Below, in pieces: positions 21,074-31,594 of a stretch of DNA of 64,000 nt. The DNA is from Flavobacteriales bacterium (lineage in GTDB: Bacteria; Bacteroidota; Bacteroidia; Flavobacteriales_C; GCA-002722245). The position numbers and the translations under genes are program-made. The notes beneath the pieces were generated by a model, which made no database searches, was not told where the DNA came from, and saw only the letters and a list, made by a program, of their open reading frames with translations. Numbering within the stretch: position 1 is the first letter of the stretch; each line of letters begins with the position of its first letter. The DNA lies in assembly GCA_049430665.1 (NCBI GenBank), contig JBMTCG010000004.1:5110-69109 (forward strand), given 5' to 3'.

Positions 21074-22213
21074 CTATTTCAAAATCTCTCTACTAATAAC
21101 CACTTTTTGAATTTCACTTGTTCCTTCACCAATGGTACACAACTTAGCATCTCTGTAGAATTTCTCTGCAGGAAAATCTTTGATGTAGCCATAACCACCA
21201 TGAATTTGAACACCGTCGTTGGCTACTTCTACTGCGATTTCAGAAGAGTAATATTTAGCCATCGCCGATTCTTTAGACACTGGCAAATGATTGTTTTTTA
21301 AATAAGCCGCGCGGAAAATCAACATTTCAGCGGCATCAATTTTAGTCGCCATATCGGCCAACTTAAAGGCGATAGCCTGAAAATCGGAAATAGATTTACC
21401 AAATTGCTGACGTTCTTTAGAATATTTCAAAGCCGCTTCGTAAGCACCTTTTGCAATACCTAACCCCAAAGATGCAATAGAAATTCTACCACCATCTAAT
21501 ATCGCCAAGGCTTGTTTGAAACCACTACCAACTTCTCCCAATCTACATGAATCGGGAATTTTACAATCTTGAAAAATCAGCTCTGCTGTTTCCGATGCAC
21601 GCATTCCTAATTTATCTTCTTTCTTACCCGCTGTAAAACCTGGAGTACCTTTATCAATTAGAAAGGCTGTTGCATTGTTTTTCTCTCCTAACTTACCTGT
21701 GCGCGTCATCAGCACCACTACATCACCAGAAATACCGAGCGTAATAAATGTTTTAGAACCATTGATTACCCAACCATCTCCATCGCGAACAGCTGTGGTT
21801 CTCATGTTTCCTGCATCGCTACCCGTGCTTGGCTCTGTTAAACCCCATGCACCAATAAATTCGGCCGACGCCAATTTTGGTAAATATTTTCTTTTTTGCT
21901 CTTCGTTACCGAAATACAAAATATGATTGGTGCATAAAGAATTGTGCGCAGCCATTGATAGACCAATACCGCCACATACTTTAGACACCTCTGTTATTGC
22001 TGTTACATATTCGTTGTAGCCAAAGCCCGAACCACCATATTCCTCGGGAACCAAAACGCCCATTAAGCCTAGTTCTCCCATTTTTTTGAAAACATCTACC
22101 GGAAAAATTTGTTTTTCGTCCCAATGATTTCTGTAAGGAAGTATTTCTTTTTGAGCAAAATCACGCACCATTTGCGCAATCATCTTTTGGTTGTCGTTTA
22201 AGCTAAAATCCAT
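21074..22213 (-). CDS. Acyl-CoA dehydrogenase
   Basis: GAWGLTEPSTGSDAG, NGSKTFIT, KLGMRASET, LDGGRISIA, QIHGGYGYI, IGEGTSEIQ. Confidence 0.95.
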   Translation of the reverse strand: MDFSLNDNQKMIAQMVRDFAQKEILPYRNHWDEKQIFPVDVFKKMGELGLMGVLVPEEYGGSGFGYNEYVTAITEVSKVCGGIGLSMAAHNSLCTNHILYFGNEEQKRKYLPKLASAEFIGAWGLTEPSTGSDAGNMRTTAVRDGDGWVINGSKTFITLGISGDVVVLMTRTGKLGEKNNATAFLIDKGTPGFTAGKKEDKLGMRASETAELIFQDCKIPDSCRLGEVGSGFKQALAILDGGRISIASLGLGIAKGAYEAALKYSKERQQFGKSISDFQAIAFKLADMATKIDAAEMLIFRAAYLKNNHLPVSKESAMAKYYSSEIAVEVANDGVQIHGGYGYIKDFPAEKFYRDAKLCTIGEGTSEIQKVVISREILK

Positions 22214-22246
22214 ATATCACTTTTATTATATGTTAATTAATTGCCC

Positions 22247-22261
22247 GCGGGGGCTCCCCGC
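22247..22261. repeat. Isolated GC-rich palindrome directly after the apt stop codon
   Basis: gcgggg-gct-ccccgc, no U tract. Confidence 0.5.
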
Positions 22262-22789
22262 TCAGTACGTGGCTAAAGAAATAATGTTAGTGTTGTACTT
22301 CAATAATTTTTCTCGGCCTTTCAAATCAGACAGTTCGATGATAAAACCAAAGCCAGCCACATCACCACCAATTGATTTCACCAATTGAGCTGCAGCAACA
22401 GCAGTACCGCCAGTAGCCAATAAATCATCGTGAATTAATACACGACTTCCTTTCACTAAAGCATCGGTATGAATTTCAATTTCGGCAGTACCATATTCTA
22501 ATTCATACTCAATTTTATTTTTGGTAAAGGGTAATTTTCCTGCTTTACGCACAGGCACAAAAGGAACATTGAGTTCGTCGGCCAAAGAAATTCCGAATAG
22601 AAAACCTCTACTTTCAATACCAATGATGGCATCAATTTTCAGCTTGCGTGCTTCAACAGCCAAAGCTTTTACAATTTGTCTTCTTACTCTAAAATCTACC
22701 AATAAAGGTGTGATATCTTTGAATAAGATTCCTGGTTTTGGAAAATCTTGTACATCTCGTACAGTACTTTTTATTTTTTCTGCAATCAT
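22262..22789 (-). CDS. apt: Adenine phosphoribosyltransferase
   Basis: DFPKPGILFKDITPLL, ESRGF, RKAGKLP, Y.LEYG, DDLLATGGT. Confidence 0.97.
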   Translation of the reverse strand: MIAEKIKSTVRDVQDFPKPGILFKDITPLLVDFRVRRQIVKALAVEARKLKIDAIIGIESRGFLFGISLADELNVPFVPVRKAGKLPFTKNKIEYELEYGTAEIEIHTDALVKGSRVLIHDDLLATGGTAVAAAQLVKSIGGDVAGFGFIIELSDLKGREKLLKYNTNIISLATY

Positions 22790-23454
22790 TGTAATAAAAT
22801 ATATGGTTCAATCAAATATAATAGAGAATCGCTGAAAACACGAGTTTTTAGCAAATCTTTTACAGAAGAAAAATCACCATGCTGTTTGCGGTAATTCACC
22901 AATACTTTGGCGCGCTTAAATCCTATTCTTCTGCACTTCGCCAATTCTTCCTCGCTATCGGTATTGATGTTGTATTTCTTCACCAAGGCTGAATTCACCA
23001 ACACATCATTTTTTATTTTTTCATATAGCACAGAATCTAATCCATATACTTGCAGCAATTGTTCTTTAGCCACATAACCGCCTAAAATCTCGCGATATTT
23101 AATAATTCGTGATGCGTAACTCTCTCCTATTCCATTCAACAAAACCAATTGTTCTGCTGTGGCCGAATTTAATTCTATTGGCTCTATTTTCGGTTTGGAA
23201 TAAACTGATTTGGGTTTAGTATAATCGCTTGAAAAGTTCGATGTATACTTTTTCTTTTCGTACACTTTCCATTCTTTTTTGGGATAAATTTTTGGGAACA
23301 CCGTATCTTTTTTTTGAAGCGCTACAGCCTTCTCCAACGACACACTTTGCGCAGGAAAAAAGAAATATTTGCCTACGATAAAAAGCGCTGATAGCAATAA
23401 CAAGAGATACAAGCCCCTTCTCTCGGAAGAGGAAAACAAAAATGGATATTTCAT
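22786..23454 (-). CDS. ComEA-like helix-hairpin-helix DNA-binding membrane protein
   Basis: N-terminal TM; IELNSATAEQLVLLNGIGESYASRIIKYREILGGY; second HhH domain. Confidence 0.88.
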   Translation of the reverse strand: MKYPFLFSSSERRGLYLLLLLSALFIVGKYFFFPAQSVSLEKAVALQKKDTVFPKIYPKKEWKVYEKKKYTSNFSSDYTKPKSVYSKPKIEPIELNSATAEQLVLLNGIGESYASRIIKYREILGGYVAKEQLLQVYGLDSVLYEKIKNDVLVNSALVKKYNINTDSEEELAKCRRIGFKRAKVLVNYRKQHGDFSSVKDLLKTRVFSDSLLYLIEPYILLQ

Positions 23455-23475
23455 GAGATATATTTAGTTAGTCGC

Positions 23476-24387
23476 TTATCGCGAAGCTTTCATTTGCTGC
23501 TCTAAAATGGCTATTCCTTCTTCAAAAGAATGAGGAGCGTAGCCTAAATCTTTAATGGCTTTATCGAGAATGAATCCTGTGACAGGCGGACGCTTTGCGG
23601 GCTGTTTCAAAGATTCAGATGAAATAGGTTTTATGAGCGTTTTATCTAAATGATAATAATCGGCTACTTTATGCACCAACTCTATAATGCTCATATAATC
23701 TTTACCCGAAATATTGAAAACGCCTTGTGCTTTTTTATCCATCGCCAAAATACAGCCTTGCGCCAAATCTTCAGCTAATGTGGGCGTGCGAAATTGATCG
23801 TTTACGACATTAATAGTTTTGCCTTTTTCCAACTCTCCTTTAGCCCACAAAACAATGTTAGACCGACTCATATTATCCACCAATCCGTAAACCAAAACAG
23901 TTCTTAATATCGCCCAAGCACCTTTATATTTTTCTACAATTTTTTCTGCCGCTAATTTCGATTCGCCGTAAAAACTCACCGGATTTCCTTGAGCTTCTTC
24001 ATTATACGGTCCGTTCTTTCCATCAAAAATAAAATCAGTAGAAACATGAATGAAATGCGCATTGTTTTTTTCTGAAGCAGCACACAAATACTGCACAGCA
24101 TCCACATTTATTTTCCAGCATTCTTCTTTTTTACTTTCGCAAATATCAACGTTGGTCATGGCCGCACAATGCATTACAGCATGAGGCTGATACTTGGTTA
24201 AAACTTCTTCTACTTCTTGTTGATTTGAAATATCTAAGGAAATAAATTGATAATCTTTTTGATCTACTAAACGATTCTCACCACGCGCTGTAGCCAACAC
24301 TTCTATATCTTCTCTTTGCTTTAGGGCGTACACTAATTTTTGACCGAGTAAGCCATTCGACCCTGTAATAAGAACTTTCTTTTTCAT
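23476..24387 (-). CDS. rfbD: dTDP-4-dehydrorhamnose reductase-like SDR
   Basis: ITGSNGLLG, AAMTNVD.CE, STDFIFDG, YGESKLAAE, DQFRTPT. Confidence 0.88.
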   Translation of the reverse strand: MKKKVLITGSNGLLGQKLVYALKQREDIEVLATARGENRLVDQKDYQFISLDISNQQEVEEVLTKYQPHAVMHCAAMTNVDICESKKEECWKINVDAVQYLCAASEKNNAHFIHVSTDFIFDGKNGPYNEEAQGNPVSFYGESKLAAEKIVEKYKGAWAILRTVLVYGLVDNMSRSNIVLWAKGELEKGKTINVVNDQFRTPTLAEDLAQGCILAMDKKAQGVFNISGKDYMSIIELVHKVADYYHLDKTLIKPISSESLKQPAKRPPVTGFILDKAIKDLGYAPHSFEEGIAILEQQMKASR

Positions 24388-24390
24388 GAC

Positions 24391-24615
24391 TTAAAGATGC
24401 CAAATATTTCTTCTTTTAAAACTGTTGAACCATTTTTTGGATTCCAGAAAGCCCGCCATGAGCAAATAAACCAACAAGGGGGAACCCAAAGTTAAAAACG
24501 ATATGTAAATAAAGAAGATGCGAATTCTGCTGGTTTCAATACCGAATTTTTGTCCCCAATAGGTACAAACACCAAACACATTCGACTCCACCATATTTCT
24601 AATTCTCTCTAACAT
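24391..24615 (-). CDS. PspC domain-containing protein
   Basis: FGVCTYWGQKFGIETSRIRIFFIYISFLTLGSPLLVYL. Confidence 0.85.
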   Translation of the reverse strand: MLERIRNMVESNVFGVCTYWGQKFGIETSRIRIFFIYISFLTLGSPLLVYLLMAGFLESKKWFNSFKRRNIWHL

Positions 24616-25897
24616 AAGTGCTTTTGTTTTTCAAAATTGAATAACCGATGCTGCAATTTAAACATTTTTTTTGAGAGCAGTATTCTTTATATAGCTCTGT
24701 TAGTGCCTGACTCTCATATGCCGAATCGGGGGCCAACAAAGCTTCCTTCCATTGTTTCACCACCGTATTGTCTTCAGCTGGAATCTTTTCTAAAAGTCGG
24801 AATCCTTTTTCCATCAAAGAAAAATCAGAATAAACTTCGGCACGCAAGAAGTACAAAGGAAGCACAGCATTAATCACTATTTTATCTATCATTTCTTTAC
24901 TTAAATGATGCATTGATTTTTTACTCAACTTATCGAAATGATAATGGTTTTGCCAATATTTAGAAACAGGAAAAGAAAACAAATCATAAAAATCGTCCAT
25001 ATCTGTGGCATTTAGCAATAGAGAAAAAAGATGTCGGCGATGATACAACAAAGCAGAAAACTGAGCTAATCTAATGGAAGGAAATGAGGCCGGACGAATA
25101 CGAAACCATTGCCATTGCGAAAAATCCATTTCTTGTAAATGGTACTTAGATTTGTAAAAAAGGTAATGTGATTGCAAAAGCGCAGGGTATTTATCGTCGT
25201 ACTTTTGAGAAAGAAACCCTGCTTGTCCGTAAATCATAGATTCTGTCACTTCTTCTTGATCGGCATTTTTGTAAATATTTTCCAGCGACAAAGAATACAC
25301 TAAATTCTCAAAAGCTGAGACATTGTGAAGGAGTCCGAAAACGCGCGAAATACAAAACAATGACAAATGATCCCAATTTTTATTTAAACGCTCATAATCG
25401 ATTTTTAAAGTATTTGTCTTGCGTTGAATTCTATTCACGAGCAATCTATCAAAAAACATTTTTTTTGTAAGGTGAGGTACTTCCTTCACTAAAGACTTAC
25501 ATGCAATAACTTCTTTTTTTTCATGAAAATCGCGAATGTATTCCAACATCTTTTCGTCAACATAATCGCTTAAACACAAATCGGGAATAGGCATAGAATC
25601 TTTATTGTAAATAATCTTATCGGTATCCCAAACTACGTGTAGCACAACAGAATCGTAAGCTTTATCGAATTGATGTTTGTGCAACAACCAATCGGAACTC
25701 TTCACATGAATTTCTACGTTGCCATGCCAATGGGTATTGCCAATTTTTATGTGCGCATTAAAAAAATCAGGACCGCCAGTATCGTTGTTGTGCGTACCAG
25801 GTTTAAAAACCTCTACTTTTTGTCCGTCACCAGTATATAAATTCGAAGTATCAAACAGCTTGTACTTCCATATAAAATGGAGAATTTTCTCTTGCAT
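24599..25897 (-). CDS. DUF2851 family protein
   Basis: MQEKILHFIWKY, GPDFFNA, GNVEIH, H.HQ.D.AYDSVVLHVVW, RPASFPSIRLAQ, C..K.CL.C.IG. Confidence 0.9.
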   Translation of the reverse strand: MQEKILHFIWKYKLFDTSNLYTGDGQKVEVFKPGTHNNDTGGPDFFNAHIKIGNTHWHGNVEIHVKSSDWLLHKHQFDKAYDSVVLHVVWDTDKIIYNKDSMPIPDLCLSDYVDEKMLEYIRDFHEKKEVIACKSLVKEVPHLTKKMFFDRLLVNRIQRKTNTLKIDYERLNKNWDHLSLFCISRVFGLLHNVSAFENLVYSLSLENIYKNADQEEVTESMIYGQAGFLSQKYDDKYPALLQSHYLFYKSKYHLQEMDFSQWQWFRIRPASFPSIRLAQFSALLYHRRHLFSLLLNATDMDDFYDLFSFPVSKYWQNHYHFDKLSKKSMHHLSKEMIDKIVINAVLPLYFLRAEVYSDFSLMEKGFRLLEKIPAEDNTVVKQWKEALLAPDSAYESQALTELYKEYCSQKKCLNCSIGYSILKNKSTYVREN

Positions 25898-25922
25898 AAA
25901 ACTTACCTGTTTAGTTAGAAGA

Positions 25923-25930
25923 CAAAACTA
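25923..25930 (-). promoter_or_regulatory. -7 promoter box for the DUF2851 operon
   Basis: Minus-strand tagttttg. Confidence 0.5.
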
Positions 25931-26017
25931 GGCAAAGCATGATTTAAGATATGATGAAGAAATCAACAGCTCTTCGTTGTGCTAATGAAAATAAAAAGAG
26001 AAAATTATAAAGCGCTT

Positions 26018-26842
26018 TTATATCAAGCATTTACCGCGCAACAAAATTTCCATTTCGGCTTGCATTTTTTGCGCTTCATCACGGGCTTTATCCGCAAAAT
26101 CTTCGCCGTTAGATGCGTAAATAATACTGCGAGATGCATTCACTAGTAATCCGCATTGTGCGGTTGCACCATAGTGAAAAACATCACTCATACTGCCTCC
26201 TTGCGCGCCAACACCTGGAATCAATAAAAAGTTATCGGGAACTATTGCACGAACTTTTTCCAACTCTTGAGCACGTGTAGCCCCAACCACATACATCATA
26301 TTATCGGCAGTGCCCCACTGAGATGTTTTTTTCAATACTTTTTGAAAAAGAAAATCGCCAGATTCTTTGAGCTCTTGTGTTTGAAAATCTAAAGCCCCTT
26401 GATTAGAGGTAAGTGCCAAAACAATTGTCCATTTACCAGGATAAGCTAAAAACGGAGTAACTGAATCTTCCCCCATATAAGGTGCAACAGTAACAGAATC
26501 GGCACCTAATTCTTCAAAGAAAGCACGCGCATACAAGCCCGATGTATTTCCAATATCGCCACGCTTTGCATCGGCAATAGTGAAACAATCTTTAGGAATA
26601 TAGTCTAAGGTTTTTTTCAAAGTCTCCCATCCTTTTGCGCCCATTGCTTCATAAAAAGCAGTGTTGGGTTTATACGAAACGCAATAGTCTTTGGTAGCAT
26701 CGATAATTCTTTTGTTGAATTCGAAAATAGGGTCTTCGCTATCCAATAAGAATTTTGGAATTTTTTGAATATCGGTATCTAAACCAACACATAAAAACGA
26801 TTTTTTATGTTGTATGTTTTTGAAAAGTTCTTGTCGGTTCAT
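26018..26842 (-). CDS. pyrF: Orotidine-5'-phosphate decarboxylase
   Basis: [42 protein letters not shown]. Confidence 0.97.
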   Translation of the reverse strand: MNRQELFKNIQHKKSFLCVGLDTDIQKIPKFLLDSEDPIFEFNKRIIDATKDYCVSYKPNTAFYEAMGAKGWETLKKTLDYIPKDCFTIADAKRGDIGNTSGLYARAFFEELGADSVTVAPYMGEDSVTPFLAYPGKWTIVLALTSNQGALDFQTQELKESGDFLFQKVLKKTSQWGTADNMMYVVGATRAQELEKVRAIVPDNFLLIPGVGAQGGSMSDVFHYGATAQCGLLVNASRSIIYASNGEDFADKARDEAQKMQAEMEILLRGKCLI

Positions 26843-26845
26843 AGG

Positions 26846-27931
26846 TTAAAAAGTTCCGCTTCCTTCTTTAAGTTTCTCTGTATTCTCGGCCATTTTAAGC
26901 GCTTCAATCATATCATCCATATCACCATTCATAAAGGCTGGTAAATTGTATATGGTTTTACCAATACGGTGATCGGTAACACGCCCTTGCGGATAATTGT
27001 ACGTACGAATTTTAGCAGAACGGTCGCCCGAAGAAACCAATGATTTACGATGTGCGGCGCGCTCGGCATGCAACTTATCAGCTTCTGCCTGATACAATCG
27101 AGAACGAAGTACAGATAATGCTTGTTCGTAGTTTTTGTGCTGAGAACGACCATCCTGACACTCTACCACAGTACCTGTAGGTAAATGCGTTAAACGAATT
27201 GCCGACTCTGTTTTGTTAACGTGCTGTCCACCCGCACCCGATGCACGGAAAGTATCTTTCTTCACATCACCCATATTCAACACAAAATCAACCTCTTCAA
27301 TCTCTGGCAAAACCGCCACAGTAATGGCCGAAGTATGCACACGCCCTTGAGATTCAGTCTCAGGAACGCGTTGCACACGGTGTACACCCGATTCAAATTT
27401 CAATTCGCCATAAATATTTTCGCCGCTCACGCTAAAAGTAATCTCTTTAATGCCTTTTGTTCCACCTGGTGCAGAGTTTAACACCTCCACATTCCATCCT
27501 TTGTTTTTGAAAAACATGGTGTACATTCTGCTGCAATCTTCCACGAAGATACAAGCCTCGTCACCACCAGTACCGGCGCGCAACTCCACAATAGCATTTT
27601 TGTTGTCTTCGGGGTCTTTAGGAATGAGCAACCATTTTACATCTTCTTCCATTTGAATCCTTTTTGCCTCCAATTCATACAATTCGGCTTTCGCCATTTC
27701 AATGAAATCGGCATCGGTTTCAGTTTTCAACAATTCTTTAGAAGACTCAATATTGTCGATAATATTTTTCAACTCGGTGTAAGCATCGGCCACAGGTTTC
27801 AACTCCTTGTATTCTTTGCTGTACTCCATGTAGCGCTTTTGATTCGACACCACATCGGGCAAAGTAAGCTGCTCACCTACTTCATCGTAACGCAACTTAA
27901 TGCTGTATAATTTCTGAACTAAATCCTTCAT
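26846..27931 (-). CDS. prfA: Peptide chain release factor 1
   Basis: ESGVHRVQRVPETESQGRVHTS (PxT motif), SGAGGQHVNKT, RTYNYPQGRVTDHRI. Confidence 0.98.
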   Translation of the reverse strand: MKDLVQKLYSIKLRYDEVGEQLTLPDVVSNQKRYMEYSKEYKELKPVADAYTELKNIIDNIESSKELLKTETDADFIEMAKAELYELEAKRIQMEEDVKWLLIPKDPEDNKNAIVELRAGTGGDEACIFVEDCSRMYTMFFKNKGWNVEVLNSAPGGTKGIKEITFSVSGENIYGELKFESGVHRVQRVPETESQGRVHTSAITVAVLPEIEEVDFVLNMGDVKKDTFRASGAGGQHVNKTESAIRLTHLPTGTVVECQDGRSQHKNYEQALSVLRSRLYQAEADKLHAERAAHRKSLVSSGDRSAKIRTYNYPQGRVTDHRIGKTIYNLPAFMNGDMDDMIEALKMAENTEKLKEGSGTF

Positions 27932-27935
27932 TTTA

Positions 27936-29108
27936 TTAACTGTAAATAAACTTTCCAAATGTTGATTCTACTTGCACTTGTTTGCCTTGAAAAGCTTCTG
28001 TGTGACCAATTATTTTGGCATCGATATTAAAGCTCTTTGCTATATCAATGATGGCTTGCGCATATTTCTCGTCAATATACACCTCCATGCGGTGGCCCAT
28101 ATTGAATACTTTGTACATTTCTTCCCAAGAAGTTTTACTTTCTTCTTGTATCATTTTGAAAAGAGGAGGCAATTCAAAAAGGTTGTTTTTCACCACTTTT
28201 AAATCGTTGATGAAATGCAATACTTTGGTTTGTGCGCCGCCGCTGCAATGCACCAATCCGCCAATTACATCGCGATATTCTTCCAATATTTTTTTCATTA
28301 CTGGAGCGTAGGTTCTGGTTGGCGACAACACCAATTTTCCAGCATTCATGGAAGTGCCTTCCACAGTATCTGAGAGTGAGCGTGAGCCCGAATACACCAA
28401 GTCGAGAGGAACGTTAGGATCAAAACTTTCGGGGTATTTGTTGGCCAACACTTTATTGAAAACATCGTGGCGTGCAGAAGTTAAACCATTGCTCCCCATT
28501 CCACCATTGTATTCTTTTTCGTAAGTGGCTTGTCCGTAAGAAGCCATACCTACAATCACTTGGTTTGGCGCTAGCTTTTCATTCGTAATAACTTCGCATT
28601 TCTTCATTCTACATGTCACTGTAGAATCAACAATAATGGTTCTTACTAAATCACCCACGTCGGCAGTTTCGCCGCCAGTAGAATAAATACCAATACCATT
28701 GTCGCGTAAATCTTGCAACACTTCTTCGGTACCATTGATGATGGCCGAAATAACTTCACCAGGCACTAAGTTTTTATTTCTACCGATAGTAGATGACAAT
28801 AATATTCCGTTAGTAGCACCAACACACAGCAAATCATCAATATTCATGATTACCGCATCTTGCGCTATCCCTTTCCAAACCGATAAATCGCCTGTTTCTT
28901 TCCAGTACAAATAAGCCAAAGATGACTTAGTTCCTGCACCATCGGCATGCATAATGTTACAATAAGCATCATCACCGCCTAAAATATCGGGAACAATTTT
29001 ACAGAAGGCACGCGGATATATTCCTTTATCAACGTTCTTAATGGCAGCGTGCACATCTTCTTTTGAAGCTGATACACCGCGTAGTTTATATCTTGAGTCT
29101 TGTGTCAT
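27936..29108 (-). CDS. purM: AIR synthase (PurM), Bacteroidetes type
   Basis: RGVSASKEDVH, HADGAGTKS, TGGETADVGD, SNGLTSARH, HCSGGAQTK, VFNMGHRME. Confidence 0.93.
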   Translation of the reverse strand: MTQDSRYKLRGVSASKEDVHAAIKNVDKGIYPRAFCKIVPDILGGDDAYCNIMHADGAGTKSSLAYLYWKETGDLSVWKGIAQDAVIMNIDDLLCVGATNGILLSSTIGRNKNLVPGEVISAIINGTEEVLQDLRDNGIGIYSTGGETADVGDLVRTIIVDSTVTCRMKKCEVITNEKLAPNQVIVGMASYGQATYEKEYNGGMGSNGLTSARHDVFNKVLANKYPESFDPNVPLDLVYSGSRSLSDTVEGTSMNAGKLVLSPTRTYAPVMKKILEEYRDVIGGLVHCSGGAQTKVLHFINDLKVVKNNLFELPPLFKMIQEESKTSWEEMYKVFNMGHRMEVYIDEKYAQAIIDIAKSFNIDAKIIGHTEAFQGKQVQVESTFGKFIYS

Positions 29109-29122
29109 TTGAGTAAAAATGA

Positions 29123-29149
29123 AAAGCATCCCAAAAATAGGGATGCTTT
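29123..29149 (-). terminator. Intrinsic terminator hairpin after the PorE-like gene
   Basis: aaagcatccc-N7-gggatgcttt. Confidence 0.7.
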
Positions 29150-29174
29150 ATCATATATAAAATTGTTGTGCTAT

Positions 29175-31247
29175 TTATTTACACTCAGCATTTTTTCCTT
29201 TTTCCCATGCGCTACATAAAATCTGGAACTCTGTACGACGGTTTAACTGGTGAGCTGCTTCTGTTAATTCTTTAGTTTTTAAAGAATTGATAAATTTCTC
29301 ATCCAATAAAGTTCCAATAGGGAATACTGATTTGTATTTATCAGGAACAAATTTGAAATTTTCTTTAGTGATTAATTTTGGCTTATCTTCTCCAAAACCT
29401 TTTGCTTTCATTCTATTAGGGTCGATACCTTTCTCCATTAAATATCTTACGGCAGATTCAGCACGGGCTTGAGCCAATTTTCTGTTGTAATCGGCACTAC
29501 CTCTAAAGTCGGTATGAGAACCTAACTCAATAGATAAAGTCGGATTTTCATTCAACACCTCAATCAGTGTATTCAAACTAATTTTAGCAGTAGGGGTTAA
29601 TACAGATTTGTTGTACTCGTACTCAATGTTTGGTAATTCAATTCCTCCTACAGGAATGGTATCTAATAAGATCATACACTCATAGGTTTTTGAATCATCA
29701 ACACCTACCGTAGAAACCAACAAGTTTTTAGAACGGAAGTATTTTGCTTTACCTTTTTTGAAAACATCACCATCTGTATACTTCGCATCAGAAGATGCCG
29801 ACAAAGTATAGTTTAAGTTTACAGAAAGAGGGAAACCAAATTTACCAATACTATCAGAAACAAATTCTTGTTTAGAACCGTCGCTAACATTCACCGTAAC
29901 CTTAGCTCCTTTAATTGGAGATTTTTTTCCATTGTTTTCTACTACAATACCATCACATTTAACTTCCAAAGGATGTAAAGCGAAAGACCAAATATCTAAA
30001 CCTCCCTTAGTACCTACTCTGTTTGAAGTAAGATATCCTCTTTCAGCTTTATCTTCGAAGATGATAGCAACATCATCACCGCAAGAGTTTAAAGGTACTT
30101 TTAAGTTGATCACAGGCCCGAATGAAGATTGGTTAGCGGCTGCTTTGAACAAGTCGAAACCACCAATACCAACGTGTCCGTTAGAACTAAAGTACAATGT
30201 ACCATCAGCATGAATAAAAGGGAACAACTCATCACCAGGAGTATTCACTTCAGCACCTAAGTTTGTAGGGTTTTCAAACATCTTGGTTTCTTTGTTATAA
30301 GAAGCCACCCAAATATCTTTACCACCTTGTCCGCCAGTCATATCAGAAACAAAATACAATTTACTACCATCAGCACTTAAAGCTGGCTGAGCAACTAAGA
30401 AAGTATCAGCAGCCAAAGGAACTTTAACAGAACCTTCTAGTTTTTTATCATCACCGTTAGCTACGAAGATAGCACAGTAAGCATTGCTTTTCTTAGATAA
30501 ATCACAACGTGTGAAATACATTTTTTTACCTTTGAAATCATAGGCAGAACCACCTTCAGAAAATTCTGAGTTGGCATCACCAGGAACGATAGCCGGAACA
30601 GTCCATTTACCTTTTGCATCTAAAGAAGCTTGAAATAAATCGGGAAAAGCTTGCCCCAAAATCTCAGATTCGCCAGCACCAGTAGTTCCTGATCTGTAAG
30701 AGTAAAACAAAATTTGATTGTATTTTCTCTTGTTCATGTAGATAGGAGCAGCATCGTCGTTCGCTGTGTTCAACATCACCACATTGGTAACATCATAACG
30801 GGTTGGTTTTTTCTCCCACTCCACTGCCAACTCACAAGCTTTAGCGCCATTCATGGCGGCTTTATCGTTAGGCACACGTTTTAAATATTCGTTGTATCTT
30901 TTTAAAGCCTCATCATAGCGACAAGTACCTTTATAGGCATCAGCCAATTTAAGAAGCAATTCGGGATGAGCCTCAGCATAGTTCACTTTCTCGGCATTTT
31001 CATACCATTGAGCAGCCAAATCGTACTTTCTCAAACTCATATAATTTTCGGCAATCATATAAGTCATTTGAGCTTTTTTAGCATCGTTTTTTTCTTTTGC
31101 TAAATCATCGATAAGCTTATCAACAGCTTTTGCCCATTTCTCTTCTTTATGAAGCTGGTCACCTGTTGCAGGAGCCGTACATTTAGTAAAAGTTAAAGCT
31201 GCAAACACTAAGGCTACAGCGCAAAAAGAACTCTTTAGATTCATCAT
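29175..31247 (-). CDS. PorE-like lipoprotein: TPR + PD40 + carboxypeptidase-regulatory-like + OmpA domain
   Basis: TPR helices, PD40 repeats (PALSADGSKLYFVSD..GG.GGKDIW, VNTPGDELFPF), ELGSHTDFRGSADYN..L...RA, NRRTEF. Confidence 0.88.
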   Translation of the reverse strand: MMNLKSSFCAVALVFAALTFTKCTAPATGDQLHKEEKWAKAVDKLIDDLAKEKNDAKKAQMTYMIAENYMSLRKYDLAAQWYENAEKVNYAEAHPELLLKLADAYKGTCRYDEALKRYNEYLKRVPNDKAAMNGAKACELAVEWEKKPTRYDVTNVVMLNTANDDAAPIYMNKRKYNQILFYSYRSGTTGAGESEILGQAFPDLFQASLDAKGKWTVPAIVPGDANSEFSEGGSAYDFKGKKMYFTRCDLSKKSNAYCAIFVANGDDKKLEGSVKVPLAADTFLVAQPALSADGSKLYFVSDMTGGQGGKDIWVASYNKETKMFENPTNLGAEVNTPGDELFPFIHADGTLYFSSNGHVGIGGFDLFKAAANQSSFGPVINLKVPLNSCGDDVAIIFEDKAERGYLTSNRVGTKGGLDIWSFALHPLEVKCDGIVVENNGKKSPIKGAKVTVNVSDGSKQEFVSDSIGKFGFPLSVNLNYTLSASSDAKYTDGDVFKKGKAKYFRSKNLLVSTVGVDDSKTYECMILLDTIPVGGIELPNIEYEYNKSVLTPTAKISLNTLIEVLNENPTLSIELGSHTDFRGSADYNRKLAQARAESAVRYLMEKGIDPNRMKAKGFGEDKPKLITKENFKFVPDKYKSVFPIGTLLDEKFINSLKTKELTEAAHQLNRRTEFQILCSAWEKGKNAECK

Positions 31248-31345
31248 TTTAATTTTTAATTACCCCTTTTAAGAAAGCTAAAAGTATCAATATTTTTTTA
31301 GGAAACAAGAAAACTTTTTGTCAATTTTTACTTTTCAAACTTCAA

Positions 31346-31594
31346 TTACAGCGTTTTATCTATGTCTTTCTGTAATTCATCAGCAATATCCTGTACTTGC
31401 TTCTTCTCTTCGTTCATCCCCTTCTTAATTTCATTTTGAATTTCGCCAGTCACATTCTTTATTTCCCTCATTCCTTTACCTAAGTTGCGCGCTATTTCGG
31501 GAATGTTTTTAGACCCGAAAAGCAACAATACCACAACGAGAATAAGCATAATCTCGCCGCCGCTGGGAGAAAGGAAAAGCAAATGATTAGTCAT
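31346..31594 (-). CDS. tatA: Twin-arginine translocase TatA/TatE subunit
   Basis: GGEIMLILVVVLLLFGSKNIPEIARNLGKGMREIK; ATG overlaps the secDF stop. Confidence 0.9.
   Translation of the reverse strand: MTNHLLFLSPSGGEIMLILVVVLLLFGSKNIPEIARNLGKGMREIKNVTGEIQNEIKKGMNEEKKQVQDIADELQKDIDKTL

Noticed and set aside
26846-27931. Possible prfB-type programmed frameshift
   Set aside because: The PxT motif identifies RF1 and the ORF is continuous
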